From assembly GCF_009914755.1 (NCBI RefSeq), contig NC_060947.1: DNA of 64,000 nt. One strand, given 5' to 3'. Source of the stretch: the human T2T-CHM13v2.0 reference genome, Homo sapiens. The notes under the pieces were generated by a model. The model had not been told where the DNA came from, did no database searches, and saw only the letters and a program-made list of their open reading frames with translations. The position numbers and the translations under genes were made by a program. This document shows, one piece after another, positions 1 through 13,100 of this stretch (the first letter of the stretch is position 1; every line of letters starts with the position of its first letter).

Positions 1-149
1 CTTGCCATTCTCCATTGGCCAGTCCCCTATGTGTCATATCAGAGAGGAGTTCCTGGTGTAGGTATGTTTTTCACGTTTTGTGTCTGTGGCTAAGTAGTGG
101 CTGCTCACCACCTTATACACATGTAAATCCTGGAGCACAGATGAAATTC

Positions 150-630
150 TTTCAGTACTTTTGCTTGACCTTGTAACACTGGCAGGTTCTACATGCCTAT
201 ACAACTAAGAAGGTATCTCAAATCTCCTGATTTACCTGAACCATTGTGGTGAGCACTGGGGGAAGTTCACAAAACAGAATTGGCAAGTAGGAATAAACTT
301 GTATTGTGTATGTAATTCTTAAGGTTTCAAAATTGTCATGCTAACACATCTGTGGCATTTAATAGTTTATTAAAATTTCATTTATTTTTTTCTTACCTGC
401 TTTAATGCCTCTTCCTTCTATATTCTGACAAAGGTAAAACAACTCCAGTGTCCCTAAATTTCCTCAGAAGGGCTTTGGAATTCAGTTATTGTCTTGCAAC
501 TTCAGCTTTCCAAGGGGCTTAAAAATTTTTAATTTTCCAATTATCCATATTTTCTCATGTTAAAATAGGATCAATATTCTTTCATGGATTTCTGAAAAAT
601 CTATGAAAATCCAAAGCTGAAGCAGAAATG
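150..630 (-). mobile_element. Old L1M 5'-region fragment
   Basis: Resembles ancient L1MC/ME 5' ends and is similar in character to 45840-45970; boundaries approximate. Confidence 0.4.
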
Positions 631-824
631 TTAATGTTTCTTCATTATAAAGAAACTGAACACATCTCCCTAACTAAGAGTTATAGGAATTGAATACTAA
701 GGACAGTTGATGAAAATTGTTAACTGGAAAGGATGGATCTGCATAGGCATATGATAACTTCTGCCTGAGAAAAATTCTGAAAAGCAAGTGCTTTCCCCAG
801 GCAGTAATCAGGAATATATCCCTT

Positions 825-1260
825 TGATATAGTTTGGATATTTGTCCCTGCCTAAATTTCATGTTGAATTGTAATCCACAGTGTTGGAGGTGGGGCCTGC
901 TGGGAGGTGTTTGGATCGTGGGAATGGATCCCTCATGAATAGCCTGGGTCATCCCCTTGGTGATAAGTAAGCTCTCGCTCTGAGTTCACGTGAAATCTGG
1001 TCTTTTAAAAGTGTGTGGCACCTCTTCCTCCACCTCCACTCTCTCTCGCTTACTCCTCCTCTGGCCATGTGATGTGCCTGCTCCCCCTTTGCCTTCTGCC
1101 ATGATTGTAAGCTTCCTGAGGCCTCCCCAGAAGCCAAGCAGATGTCAGCACCGTGCTTCCAATAAAGCCTGCAGAACCATGAGCCAATTAAACCTTTTTT
1201 CTTTAAAAATTGCTCAGTCTCAGGCATTACTTTACAGCAATGCAAGAACAGCCTGATACA
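825..1260 (+). mobile_element. MaLR solo LTR, MSTB-like
   Basis: TGATATAGTTTGGATATTTGTCCC...GCCTGATACA termini; near-TSD CCCTT/CCCAT. Confidence 0.9.
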
Positions 1261-1411
1261 CCCATCATCACAGGGCATCATCCATGGGGAGTCTGAGGAT
1301 TTTCAGATGTCAGTGCATTTGAAATTGAAATAAGCGCTGTAAGCTATAGGCAAATTCTCAGAAATGGTTTCATGTATTCTGGTTTATGTATAGAGGCTAT
1401 TAGTTACTTTG

Positions 1412-1540
1412 TTATTTTATTTAACAAATATTTATTGAGCATATACTATGTACCAGAAACTCTTTATCGGCTCTGAGGATTAAGCAGTGAATAAAACACA
1501 GAATGAATTTCATAAGCTTCATTTACAATAGCTAATAGAA
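1412..1540 (-). mobile_element. L2 3' end fragment
   Basis: AACAAATATTTATTGAGCATATACTATGTACCAG matches the L2 3' end in reverse. Confidence 0.7.
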
Positions 1541-1648
1541 AACTGAGAAATACAAACATGCTGATTATTTGATTTCAGGTGGATGAAAAATCCAGTTATT
1601 TTTACCCACTGCAGACAGCATGAGTTATTACTTTTTGTGTATTACTGA

Positions 1649-1980
<332 letters not shown>

Positions 1981-2309
1981 CAGATTTTTTTGTCTCTTTT
2001 ATATACTCAATGGCAAGACAATTTTCCCAAGTAGAACTCAATAATTCCCTCTTTGTTAGGGTGTATGCCAATTCAATATACAGATAACTTACTCTGAAAT
2101 ATGTTTAATTATATGTAGTTGGTCAAATCCCAATAACATTAAAATGTTTTATTTGGAAATATGGCATCTGTACTTTTCTCAGTTTCATTCTAAATCTTCC
2201 AAAATCAATAATACAAAAGGTACTTACAAACCTAACACATAAAAGAAATAGTTTAGATTCAACACAGGGTTTAGTAAGTGAAACGAATGCTTCAAGTATC
2301 ATTGGCTGA

Positions 2310-2416
2310 ATCAAAAATGAATGCCCTAAATACCCTGACTTGATCACTACATATTATAAACATGTAACAAAATGTTTCGCATACCCCATAAGTCTGTACA
2401 AACGAAATTTAAAAAT
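2310..2416 (+). mobile_element. L1MA-type 3' UTR fragment
   Basis: CCCTAAATACCCTGACTTGATCACTAC...CCCCATAAGTCTGTACAAA. Confidence 0.6.
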
Positions 2417-2879
2417 CAATTACTTTAAGAAAAGTCTCTTTTATATGTATAAGGCATTGAAATTTTAGTGCTTGCTATGTACTAACAAATCCTGGCACCC
2501 CAAATATTACCAATACAACTTCTTGAAAGCCACATCAAAATCTATTGTTCACCATAGTAGGAGAGATCATCACCTTGACAAAGTTTCGGTCTTGTCTCAT
2601 AGGGGGAAGAATGAGGTTGGATTTTTGTTGAGAATTATAAATTTGGTTTAAGATGTTTTCTGAATGCGGGGCTTGATTAAATAAGGATCATGATACATTA
2701 ATTAAAATTGGAAATACAGCAAGGTGAGGACATCAACTGACTGTTAATGTTTTTCACTGAAGAGTTGGTGAGGCTTTAGGGAAGTTCCTATAATGAATAA
2801 TACAATTAGTTGCCTGGGAAAGAGTCTCCTGGAATAATAAAGTGATACTAATGTAGACAACTGAATGTTAAAGTCACGT

Positions 2880-3125
2880 CAGTGGTTCTCATCTGTGACT
2901 GTTTTGCCTCCCAGAGGACATTTGGCAAAGCTGGGAGCCATTTTCCATTGTCACAACCTGGAGAGTGGGGTGCTACTGGCATCTTGTAGATAGAGGCCGG
3001 CCAGGGATGTGGCTAAACCATGCAATGCAGAGGACAACCTCCACAACAAAAAATTATCCAGCAGAGGACAACCTGCACGATTATCCAGCCCAATATGTCA
3101 ATAGTGCCAAAGCTAAGAAATCCTG
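2880..3125 (+). mobile_element. MER20 (hAT-Charlie MITE)
   Basis: CAGTGGTTCTC...GGACATTTGGCAA...GTCAATAGTGCCAAAGCTAAGAAATCCTG. Confidence 0.85.
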
Positions 3126-3134
3126 GTATAGACA

Positions 3135-3341
3135 AGAAGTCTATACAGGGCCAGATAGTAAAAATGTTTAGGCTTTTAGGCTATTGGATCTCTGTTGCAA
3201 CTATTCAGCTCTGCTATTGTAGTGCAAAAAGAGCCATAGATAATACCAAAACAAATGGGCGTGGCTGGATTTCAAACTTCATTTATGAAAAGCAGGCAGT
3301 GAGCAAGATTTGGCCCATGGGCTGTAGTTTGTCAACTCCTA
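3135..3341 (+). mobile_element. MER58A (hAT-Charlie MITE)
   Basis: AGGGCCAGATAGTAAA...CTCTGTTGCAACTATTCAGCTCTGC...GATTTGGCCCATGGGCTGTAGTTTG. Confidence 0.85.
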
Positions 3342-4009
3342 ATGGAAACAGTAAGCTGTGTGGGGAGAAGTGGTTTCAGTTCTCAGCACAGAAGTGTATG
3401 GACAGATGGTTCTAGTTTTCAGCACTGTGCTTTGAATCTTCAATAGAAGCAAAAATATGTTTTAAAAACATAGGTAAAAGATGAAATAAATATAGAATGC
3501 CATATAAAAATCCCAGATCTTCCTAAAAACACTATAAATATTTCTATAAAATTGATTTTTCTGTGCTACCTGAACTATACCATAAAAGGAAAAACAACCC
3601 AATGATCTTATTGCCAGATCAGTAATATTCCAGGATGACCTAATGAAGAAGTTAAAACTACTCTTTGGCTGGGTTTTATCTGTACTTTCAAACTCATCTA
3701 ATTTTAAAAAGTGATGACATGCAACAAAAATGTACTGTTTCTTTGAAAACAAAATATGACGTTGTTGACTACAGCTTCAAAATTATCCCTTTAAATCTTT
3801 GTGTTCCTTTTTGTTTTTTCTTTACCTTCTCACTTTTAATTATTTTCTTTCTCTGCGTTTATTACTTCCTTAAATTATATATATTTATTTGTTTACTGTT
3901 ATAACCTCTCTGTGAAGTCAAGGTCTTTGTCTGCTTCAGTCATATCTGTGTCCCTACCACCTAGATGGCTGGAATGAATAATTGCACTGCTCAGAGAACC
4001 ATTACTGTC

Positions 4010-4276
4010 ATCATAGCAAACATTCACATAGCACTTATTATGTGCAAGGTACTGTTTAAAGCAACTTTCATTGATTAGTTTGTCTAATCACTTTACAACC
4101 CTGGGAGGAGGGCACTATTAATATTTACACTTTGAAAGATAAGAATCATGGGGTGCAAACAGGCTAAGTTACTTGCTCAGGTTCACAGAGCTAGCAAGTA
4201 ACAGAGCTAAGATTTGATCCCATGCAATCTGGCTCCAGAATCCATTCTTTGAGCTACGACGCTATGCCTACCTCTC
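4010..4276 (-). mobile_element. MIR
   Basis: MIR core in reverse: GGCTAAGTTACTTGCTCAGGTTCACAGAGCTAG...ATCTGGCTCCAGAATCC. Confidence 0.85.
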
Positions 4277-4375
4277 ATGCTGATATGTTGCAAACATACA
4301 CACATACCCCTTAAGCTGATATGTTGCAAACATACACACATACCTCTTAAGCTGATATGTTGCATATACACACAT
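4269..4375. repeat. 36-bp tandem repeat, about 3 copies
   Basis: GCTGATATGTTGCA recurs at 4279, 4315 and 4351. Confidence 0.95.
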
Positions 4376-4700
4376 GCATGATAGTGAAATGTAGTTTAAA
4401 TATTCCATAATTTCTCCAATGTAAAGCAGGTTGTATATTGAGCCTAGGTCTGCTGGCTTTGCCGTTCTGGAGTGGCATATGCAATATTAAAGTATATCCT
4501 CAGGGGAAAATGCTTAAGATGTATCTCTATGAATACCTGAGATGCTTCATGGAAAACAGAAGATCCTATTAAAGAGAGAGTTGGGGACACAGGCTTGCTT
4601 TGCCATAGATATTCCCACCATTAGAGAGAAAGGTGCTCGGGTCGGATCACAATGCCTATTGCTCCCCTTAAATATATATCTGAACCCTAGCAAAGAGAGG

Positions 4701-5077
4701 TGATATGGTTTAGATTTGTGTCCCCACTCAAATCTCATGTCTAATTGTAATCCTCAATGTTGGAGGAGGGGCCTGGTGGGAGGTGATTGGATTATCGGGG
4801 TAGATTTCCCTCTTGCTCTTCTCGTGATAGTAAGTGAGGTATCACAAGAGCTGGTTGTTTGAAAGTGTGTGGCACCTCCCCCCTCTCTCTCTTCCTCTTG
4901 TTCCTGCCATATAAGACATGCGTTCTTCTCTTTCCACCATGATTGAAGGTTTCCTGAGGCCTCCCCAGCTATGCTTCCTGTACAGCCTGCGGAACCATGA
5001 GTCAATTAAACTCTTTTCTTTAAAAATTTCCCAGTTCCAGGTATTTCTGTATAGCAGTGCGAGAATGGACTAATACA
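4701..5077 (+). mobile_element. MaLR solo LTR, MSTA-like
   Basis: TGATATGGTTTAGATTTGTGTCCCCAC...GGACTAATACA; near-TSD AGAGG/AGAGA. Confidence 0.92.
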
Positions 5078-5305
5078 AGAGATTTCAACTGATAAAACCT
5101 GAAAGTGAAGTTTTCTCACAAAAATCTCAGTGAGGCATCAGGAGCAGCACAAGAAGCACTACTTGGTAATGAAACATGACACAAAGCTACAGGTTGAGAT
5201 GATTCCCTGCTGTGCCAGCAGAGGGGCTACACTTCAGCATTACCTGGAATCCACAGTCACCAGTGTTTCTTCAGGGTTAGGGGAGCATTAGCACATGCCA
5301 CAGCC

Positions 5306-5434
5306 AGGCAACACAGAGCAAGGGCTATAAGGCATGGCCATCAGCGTTGGCAGCAGAAAGGTAGTAGGAACAATCACACAGTAGCAGCAGTTGAGGGAGA
5401 GAAGGACATTCTGGGAGGTTTCAGCAGCTGGCAT
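5306..5434. repeat. Diverged direct repeat, copy 1 (partner 9004-9132)
   Basis: 129-bp ungapped manual alignment, 22 mismatches. Confidence 0.9.
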
Positions 5435-5661
5435 CACCGCAGGTAAGAGATATATTTCTATGTTGCCACACTGATGCTGGAATGTTCCTGAGACATCCCC
5501 AAGGAAGCCCCAAATAATTAAGTCAGGAAAAGGACTTTTTAGAGAGCTAAAGTTCAAGTGGCTTTTTATGGTAGGAGGTTAGAGTGACCCCATTTTTGTC
5601 TTAATGACAGTTTAGCCTCAAAAGATTGGCTTATAGCCACTCTAGAGCTAAGCCCAATGTT

Positions 5662-5695
5662 GAGAGAGAGAGAGAGAGACAGAGAGAGAGAGAGA
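5662..5695. repeat. (GA)n microsatellite
   Basis: Direct reading, one interruption. Confidence 0.95.
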
Positions 5696-7349
5696 TTTTA
5701 AGTCTGTATATTTAGATCTAAATTATCTTTGGTCTTATAAATTGAGTAAATTAACAAAAAGCATAATGGTCTTGGCTGTACTCTGAATTGCAAATGCCCT
5801 GAAACTCTCTGAAAGTCATTTGGATATGCTTGCTGATAATACTTTTGATGAGGAATGAAAGTTATTTTTTGCTTGAGAGCTAATTAAGGTAATCTTTAAA
5901 ATATATAAATCCCATGGTGAGCCCAAATAATGATAATCGAAATGTAGACCTTGCCAAAACTGAGAAAATCAAAATGCACGTTAAGATCTGTTAATATATT
6001 TAAATTAAAAAAATAAAAACAAAAAAGAAAGAAAAACCAATTAACTTCTGGAAACGGGGTTTGGTATTTAGAATGAGAAGACTAAATTACGCAGATACCA
6101 CATTAACAGTTGGAATGTAGATAGTTTTGCCCAGCTGCCTTTCAAAGTTTTGCCATGCTCGTGGTAAGTTGCTAGAGAGCAGTGGAGCGAGATGTTTAAA
6201 AGGCCACAGTGGTATTCTCTAAATGGTCCACACAGGAATCATAAAAATCCCTGATGGAATCTTTAGCAGTCTGGAGGTAATTGGAAGGAAGGCATAGGGC
6301 TAGTAATTAAATCACAACTCGTTTTGGGGAGAGATTATATATAGATATACATACATAGGGACATATATAAATATAGAGAACTAGAGATTGGTATATACAA
6401 ATTTATACATATATTCATTTACACAACACCTAGTCAGTCATTTTGGTTATTCCAATAAACAGCTGAGCAACTCCACTAAAAAAAGAAATCAGAGGCATAG
6501 GGCTTGGAATACAACTGAAAACCTGTAGAATATACATTTTCATATGACACCTAAACATCTGGTGCATTGAGGCAATTTAGTAGGAAAAGCAAAACAGTCA
6601 AATTGGTTTTGCGTTTTGTTTTATGCCTGAACTGACGAACCAACTCAGTCCAGTTCCTCTGGCAGTGCCATGTTTTTACTAGATTCAGGAAATCAGACAA
6701 ATGCAATCTTTGGTTCTTCAGGATATTGCTGTGTGTTTCTTGCCTTTCTAATGGTTGTTTTTAGCATTGTATAAGAGCTGTCACAGCCTCTTCCACTGCA
6801 TTATTATAGGGGGATCACTCTAGGAGCAATTTCTGTAGACACACTACTATAAAGATGTTACAGAATATCGGGTTGGATGAATCTGTTCCTAGCTCATTAG
6901 CCAGCCACACAGGAGTAATTCTGAATATCAGATCTGGACCCTCGGGGAACTCTTGTCCTTTTCTAAGACAAGCTGTAGAGTTTGTACTCTGCCCTACAAC
7001 CTTGAGATGACCATTAATATTCAGAACTCCTTCATGGGTGCCATCACCAAATGACCATAATAGGACACCTGAGAGAACCATAAGATATGGGGCTGCTTCC
7101 AGAGACTTATAACTGGCATTGACAGGGACACAAGACATTTGTCTTATTCTGATTATATTGACTTCTTAGCTTAGAGGTAGAATATAAGTCAGGAAAACAA
7201 AAAGCTCGTGTAATTAGTTTGGTATCATTACATCTCTCCCCCAAGATAACAAAATAGTGCAGAATAGGGGAAGAAGAGGAGGTAGAAGAATTTCTTTCCG
7301 AGTACTATATTTTAAAAGCAAACTGGTAAGATGAACAGTTGAGGCATGC

Positions 7350-7560
7350 ACTAATTCATCTAGCAAATATTTGCTATGCTAGGCTTGCAGTTACTGGGGT
7401 GAGAAAAAGTAGACAAGTTCCCTCCTCTGATGGAATTATAGCCTAGTGTGGGGTGCAAACTCTTATTAAATAATTACTCTGATGAGAAGAAGCACAGTTC
7501 TATTGAACATGTATTATGAAGAAAGCTAACCCAGAATGGGGGTCAGTGAGGTAATTTAAT
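7350..7560 (-). mobile_element. L2 fragment
   Basis: AGACAAGTTCCCTCCTCTGATGGAATTATAGCCTAGT resembles the L2 3' region. Confidence 0.5.
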
Positions 7561-9003
7561 GAACGGAATATGGCTACACTAAACCCTACTCCAAACTGGA
7601 ATGAAGGCCTACTTAAATCAGTCTTTCAGTTAATCATATCTGCTAAAAACTTTTGTAATAACCCCATTATTTGGTGTTGTAACTGCAAAGCTCTTTCCAC
7701 ACTAGCTACTGCAAAAGTTCTCATGCTTTGTGAAAATTTGAATCTGTGAGTGGGAAACAAAAGAGATAAAGTGTATCTGTATTATATGCTATGAAATAAT
7801 TTTACAGATGGAGACTGTAAATTAATTATGTATACTTACGCACTATTAATACACAGACATAACTAGAAAATTCTTACCTTTCAAAACTGTAGCTAAAGAA
7901 TTATTCCTTAAAGTTTCCTTAGTTTGATGCCAATCTGAAGACCCTGTTTTCTGCTTTAGAAGGACACAGATGTACGTGAAGCTGATTATTATTATTTTGC
8001 AACTTTGCAGTCTTCTTGTATTAAACTAATCTGTTTAGTGATGGAGCATATGTAGCTGGTAAAACTCCTAGTCCACATATTCATGTTTGCTGGAAAGGAA
8101 ACATGAATAACTCTTGATTATTTATTTATTTAATTTCTATGTGATATTAGAAATTTACCTTAACCCAATCACTATCTCTCTCTCATTTCTGACTTTCCTT
8201 CAGGGTTCAATTTCATTGCAGGGAGATTATAGACTGTCAAGGAACAGGAAAGGGATGTGGTCTTGAGTAATCTGTGCACGTTGTCATCTTCCAACATGCC
8301 CTTGTTCTCGTTTGTTCATCTATTCCCACGTGTCATAGCCAAGTCCTACTCCCAACTATAAACCACTTTCAGTTTGGTTCTTTCTATGCCACTTATGGAT
8401 GCATGGACTTTATCTTTTTTTCTTTTCCACTCTTTGGTGCAAATTTACTCTGTGATTTTCTCGGTCCTATTCGCCTAGATACTCAGTTCATCCATTTCTG
8501 AATCTGTATAGTCTTGCACCCTTTCTAGAGTTGCTTGGAAAAGGAAATCCAGGTTTTCTATGTTCTTTGATCCCCATAACTATCTGAGTTTCTCTTCAAT
8601 CCCTACCTTTAATATGAGGGTGAGCTTAGTGGAAGTGCAAGGCTCAAGTTTAGCTTTTCTGAAGAATCCATTATAACTATTTAGTCAGTGCTTTCCATAG
8701 ACATTTCCCTCAATCCATGTAATCTGGGGTAACTTTTCTAGTCATCAGGTGGAAAGTCATGCTCTGAGACATATTATCATTCTGCCATGAATCCCCTTAT
8801 CAAAATCCCTTCTCCTCTGTTGCGGTATCCATTTTTGACACACAGATGCTCCGTTTTGTAGTTTCTTGAATGGGACAAATTCACAAAGGATCACAGATGA
8901 TCCAATAGGCCACTGAGTAGTAGAATAAAACCTTATGTTAACATATTTTTTGTTTTAAAAAGTATTTTAAAAGTACTTTAAGAAGTTTGTTTCTGTATCA
9001 CCT

Positions 9004-9132
9004 AGGCAACACAGAGCAAGAGTGATAAAGCATAGCCATCAGAATACGTGGCATGAAGGTAGTGGCAACAATCACACTCCAGCAGCAGTTGAAGGAGGGA
9101 AGGGCATTCTGGGAGGTTTCAGAAGCTGGCAT
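9004..9132. repeat. Diverged direct repeat, copy 2 (partner 5306-5434)
   Basis: 129-bp ungapped manual alignment, 22 mismatches. Confidence 0.9.
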
Positions 9133-9164
9133 GAGAAACACAAAGGACTTTTTAGTACTTCTGA

Positions 9165-9760
<596 letters not shown>

Positions 9761-10139
9761 TAATTAGAAGTTGCTTTTGTTTTCAGCATTTTCTTCCCAA
9801 AATAAAATATTCTATGATTTTTTTCTGTTCTCAGATGGAATAGAAAAAGGATACCAATCCATACATGTGTGTACAAATCATTCAATTATCACCCTCCAGT
9901 GTTTTTGACTTTTGGGTCTATTCATGCCCTTTATACCCTGTCAGACTCTCAAGAACAAACTTACGTGAATGCAATGATTTCTTTTTCACAAAAGCAGGGC
10001 TAAATTTATGTTTTCTTTTGTAGGTATTGATCCTTGGAAATTCAAACAAGACATTTATCTTTATTTTGTTGTGAGACAGCTGTATGAGCACTATTGCTAG
10101 GTTATACTGTCATTACTTAAAACATCACACTTTTCCATT

Positions 10140-13100
10140 CATTTTTAACTTTTAATTTTTGTGGGTATATAGTAGGTGTATATATTCATGGGGTACATGA
10201 GATATTTTGATACAGACATGCAATGCATAATAATCACACCAGAGTAAATGGGGTATCCATCTCCCCAAGCATTTATCTTTGTGTTACAAACAATCCAATT
10301 ATGTTCTTTTAGTTATTTAAAAATGTACAAGTAAATTATTTTTGACTAGAGTCACCCTGTTGTGCTAGCAAATACTTGGTCTTATTCATATTTTCTAACT
10401 ATTTTTTATACCTGTTAGCCGTCTCTACTTCTCCCCCATCCACTACCCTTCCTAGCTTCTGGTAACCATCCTTCTACTTTCTATGTCCATGAGTTCAATT
10501 ATTTTAATTTTTATCTCCCACAAATAAGTGAGAACATACAAAGTTTGTCTTTCTGTGTCTAGCTTATTTCACTTAACATAATGACCTCCAGTTCTATCCA
10601 TGTTGTTGCAAATGACAGGAGCTCATTCTTTTCTATGGCTGAGTAGTACTCCATTGTGTCTATGTACTACATTTTCTTTATCCATTCATCTGTTGATGGA
10701 CACAGGTTGCTTCCAAAACTTGGCTATTGTGAACAGTGCTGCAACAAACATAGGCGTGCAGATATCTCTTTGATATACTGATTTCCATTCTTTTGGAAAT
10801 ATACTTAGGAATGGGATTGCTGGATTGTATAGTATCTCTATTTTTAGTTTTTTGAGTAAACTCCAAATTGTTATCCATAGTGATTATACTAATTTACATT
10901 CCCACCAACAGTGTACAAGGGTTCCCTTGACTCCACATCTTTGCCAGCATTTGTTATTGCCTGACTCTTGGACAAAAGCCATTTTAACTGGGGTGAGATG
11001 GTATCTCATTGCAATTTTGATTTGCATTTATCTGATGATTAATGTCAAGCAAATTTTCATATACCAGTTTGCCATTTGTATATCTTCTTTTCAGAAATGT
11101 CTATTCAGATCTTTTGCTTATTTTTAATCCAATTATTAGACTTTTTCCTAGAGAGTTGTTTGAGCTCCTTACATATTCTGGTTATTAATTCCTTGTCAGA
11201 TGTGTAGTTTACAAATGTTCATTCCCATTCTGCACGTTGTGTCTTCACTTTGTGGATTGTTTCCTTTGCTGTGCAGTAGCTTTTATATTCGATTAGCTTT
11301 TATGTTCGATGTGATCCCATTTGTCCATTTTTGCTTTGGTTGCCTGTGCTTGTGAGGGTGAGGTATTTCTTAAGAAATCTTTGCCTAGTCCAATGTCCTG
11401 GAGAGTTTTCCCAATACTTTATTGAGGTAGTTTCATTGTTTGAGGTCTTAGATTTAACACTTTAATCAATTTTGATTTGAATTTTGTATATGGTGAGAGA
11501 CAAAAGTCTAGTTTCATTCTTCTACATATGGATATTCAGTTTTCCCAGCACCGTTTTTTTCAAGAGACTGTCCTTTCCCCAGTGTATGTTCCTGGCACCT
11601 TTGTCAAAAATGAATTCACTGTAGATGTACGGTTTCATTTCTGGGTTCTCTATTTTAATGTTCCATAGGTCTATGTGTCAGTTTTTATGCCCATATCATG
11701 CTATTTTGGTTACTATAGCTCTGCAGTATAATTTGAAAGCCCATAATGTGATTTCTCCAGTTTTGTTGTTTTTGCTTAGGATAGCTTTGACTATTCTGGG
11801 TGTTTTGCAATTCCAAAAAAAATTTAGGATTGTTTTTTCTGTTTCTGTGAAGAATGTCATTGGCATTTTGATAGGGATTGCATGGAATCCATAGATTGCT
11901 TTGGATTGTATTGACATTTTAACAATATTGATTCTTCCAATCCAAAAACATAGAATATCTTTCCATTTTTTAATGTATGTCCTCTTCAATTTCTTGCATC
12001 AATATTTTACAGTTTTCATTGTAGAGACCTTTCACTTCTTTGGTTAATTCCTAGGTATTTTATTTGTAGCTATTGTAAATGGTATTGCTGTCTTGATTTC
12101 TTTTTCTGATTTTTCGCTGCTGGTACCTAGCAATGCTTCTTATGTTTGTATGTTGACTTTGCATCCTGCAAATTTACTGAATTTATTTATCAGTTCTAAT
12201 AGCTTTTGGTGGACTTTTAAGGTTTTTCCAAAATATAAGACCATATCATCTGCCAGTAAAAATAATCTGACTTCTTCCTTTTCAATTTGGATATCTTTAA
12301 TCTTTTTTTCTCTTGTCTGATTGTTCTGACTAGGACTTCCAGTAGGATGCTGAAAAACAGTGATGAAAGTGGACATCCTTGATGTGTTCCCTATCTTAGA
12401 GGAAAAGCTTTCAACTTTTCTCCCTTCAGCATGACATTAGCTATGGATCTGTCATTTATGGCTTTTATTATGTTGAGGTATGTTCCTTCTATATCCAGTT
12501 TTTTTGAGTTATCATGAAGGCATGTTGAATTTTAGCAAGTGTGTTGTCAGCATCCATTGAAATGACTGTGTGGTTTTTGTCCTTAATTCTGTTTAATGTG
12601 ATGTACCACATTGATTTGTGTATATTGAACCATCCTTACATCCCTGAAATAAATCTGACTTTGTCATGATGAATGATCTCTTTATTGTGTTATTGAATTC
12701 AGTTTGCTAGTATTTTGTGGAGGATTTTTACATCAATGCTCATCAGAATATTGGCCTATAGTTTTCTCTTTTTTTGATGTGTCTTTGTCTGGTTTTGGTA
12801 TCAGGGTAATACTGGTCTTATAAAGTGAGATAGGAAGTACTCCCTCGTCCCCTGTTTTTTAAAATAGTTTGATTAGTATTCATATTAGTTCTTTAAACAT
12901 TTAATGGAATTCAGCAGTGAAGCTACCAAGTCTCAAGCTTTTTCTTGCCAGAAGAATTTTTATTACAGTTAAAACTCATTACTTGTTAATAGTCTGTTCA
13001 GGTTTTGGATTTCTTTATGGTTCAATCTTGAGAGTTTGTAAGTGTCTGAGAATTTATCCATGTCTTCTGCATTTTCCAATTTATTAGCATATAGATGCTC

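Larger units (their letters stand above)
2478..3385 (-). mobile_element. ERV1 solo LTR, MER67-like, interrupted by MER20 and MER58A
   Basis: TG...CA termini (TGTACTAAC / GGTTTCAGTTCTCA); sequence appears to resume after the two MITEs; family assigned from memory. Confidence 0.5.

Noticed and set aside
3027-3087. Internal duplication GCAGAGGACAACCT…ATTATCCA in MER20
   Set aside because: Small slippage duplication with no sign of function.
4269-4375. 36-bp repeats suggestive of a CRISPR array
   Set aside because: Head-to-tail units with no unique spacers, no cas genes, and a primate context.
6815-7138. 107-aa ATG-initiated ORF on the minus strand in apparently unique DNA
   Set aside because: No recognisable motif, signal peptide or family similarity; length is compatible with chance. 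A BLASTP/PhyloCSF hit would reverse this.
7630-7745. Exon-shaped 116-nt stretch (TTTCAG…|GTGAGT) with an open Cys-containing frame
   Set aside because: Short pyrimidine tract, no recognisable peptide and no compatible neighbouring exon found.
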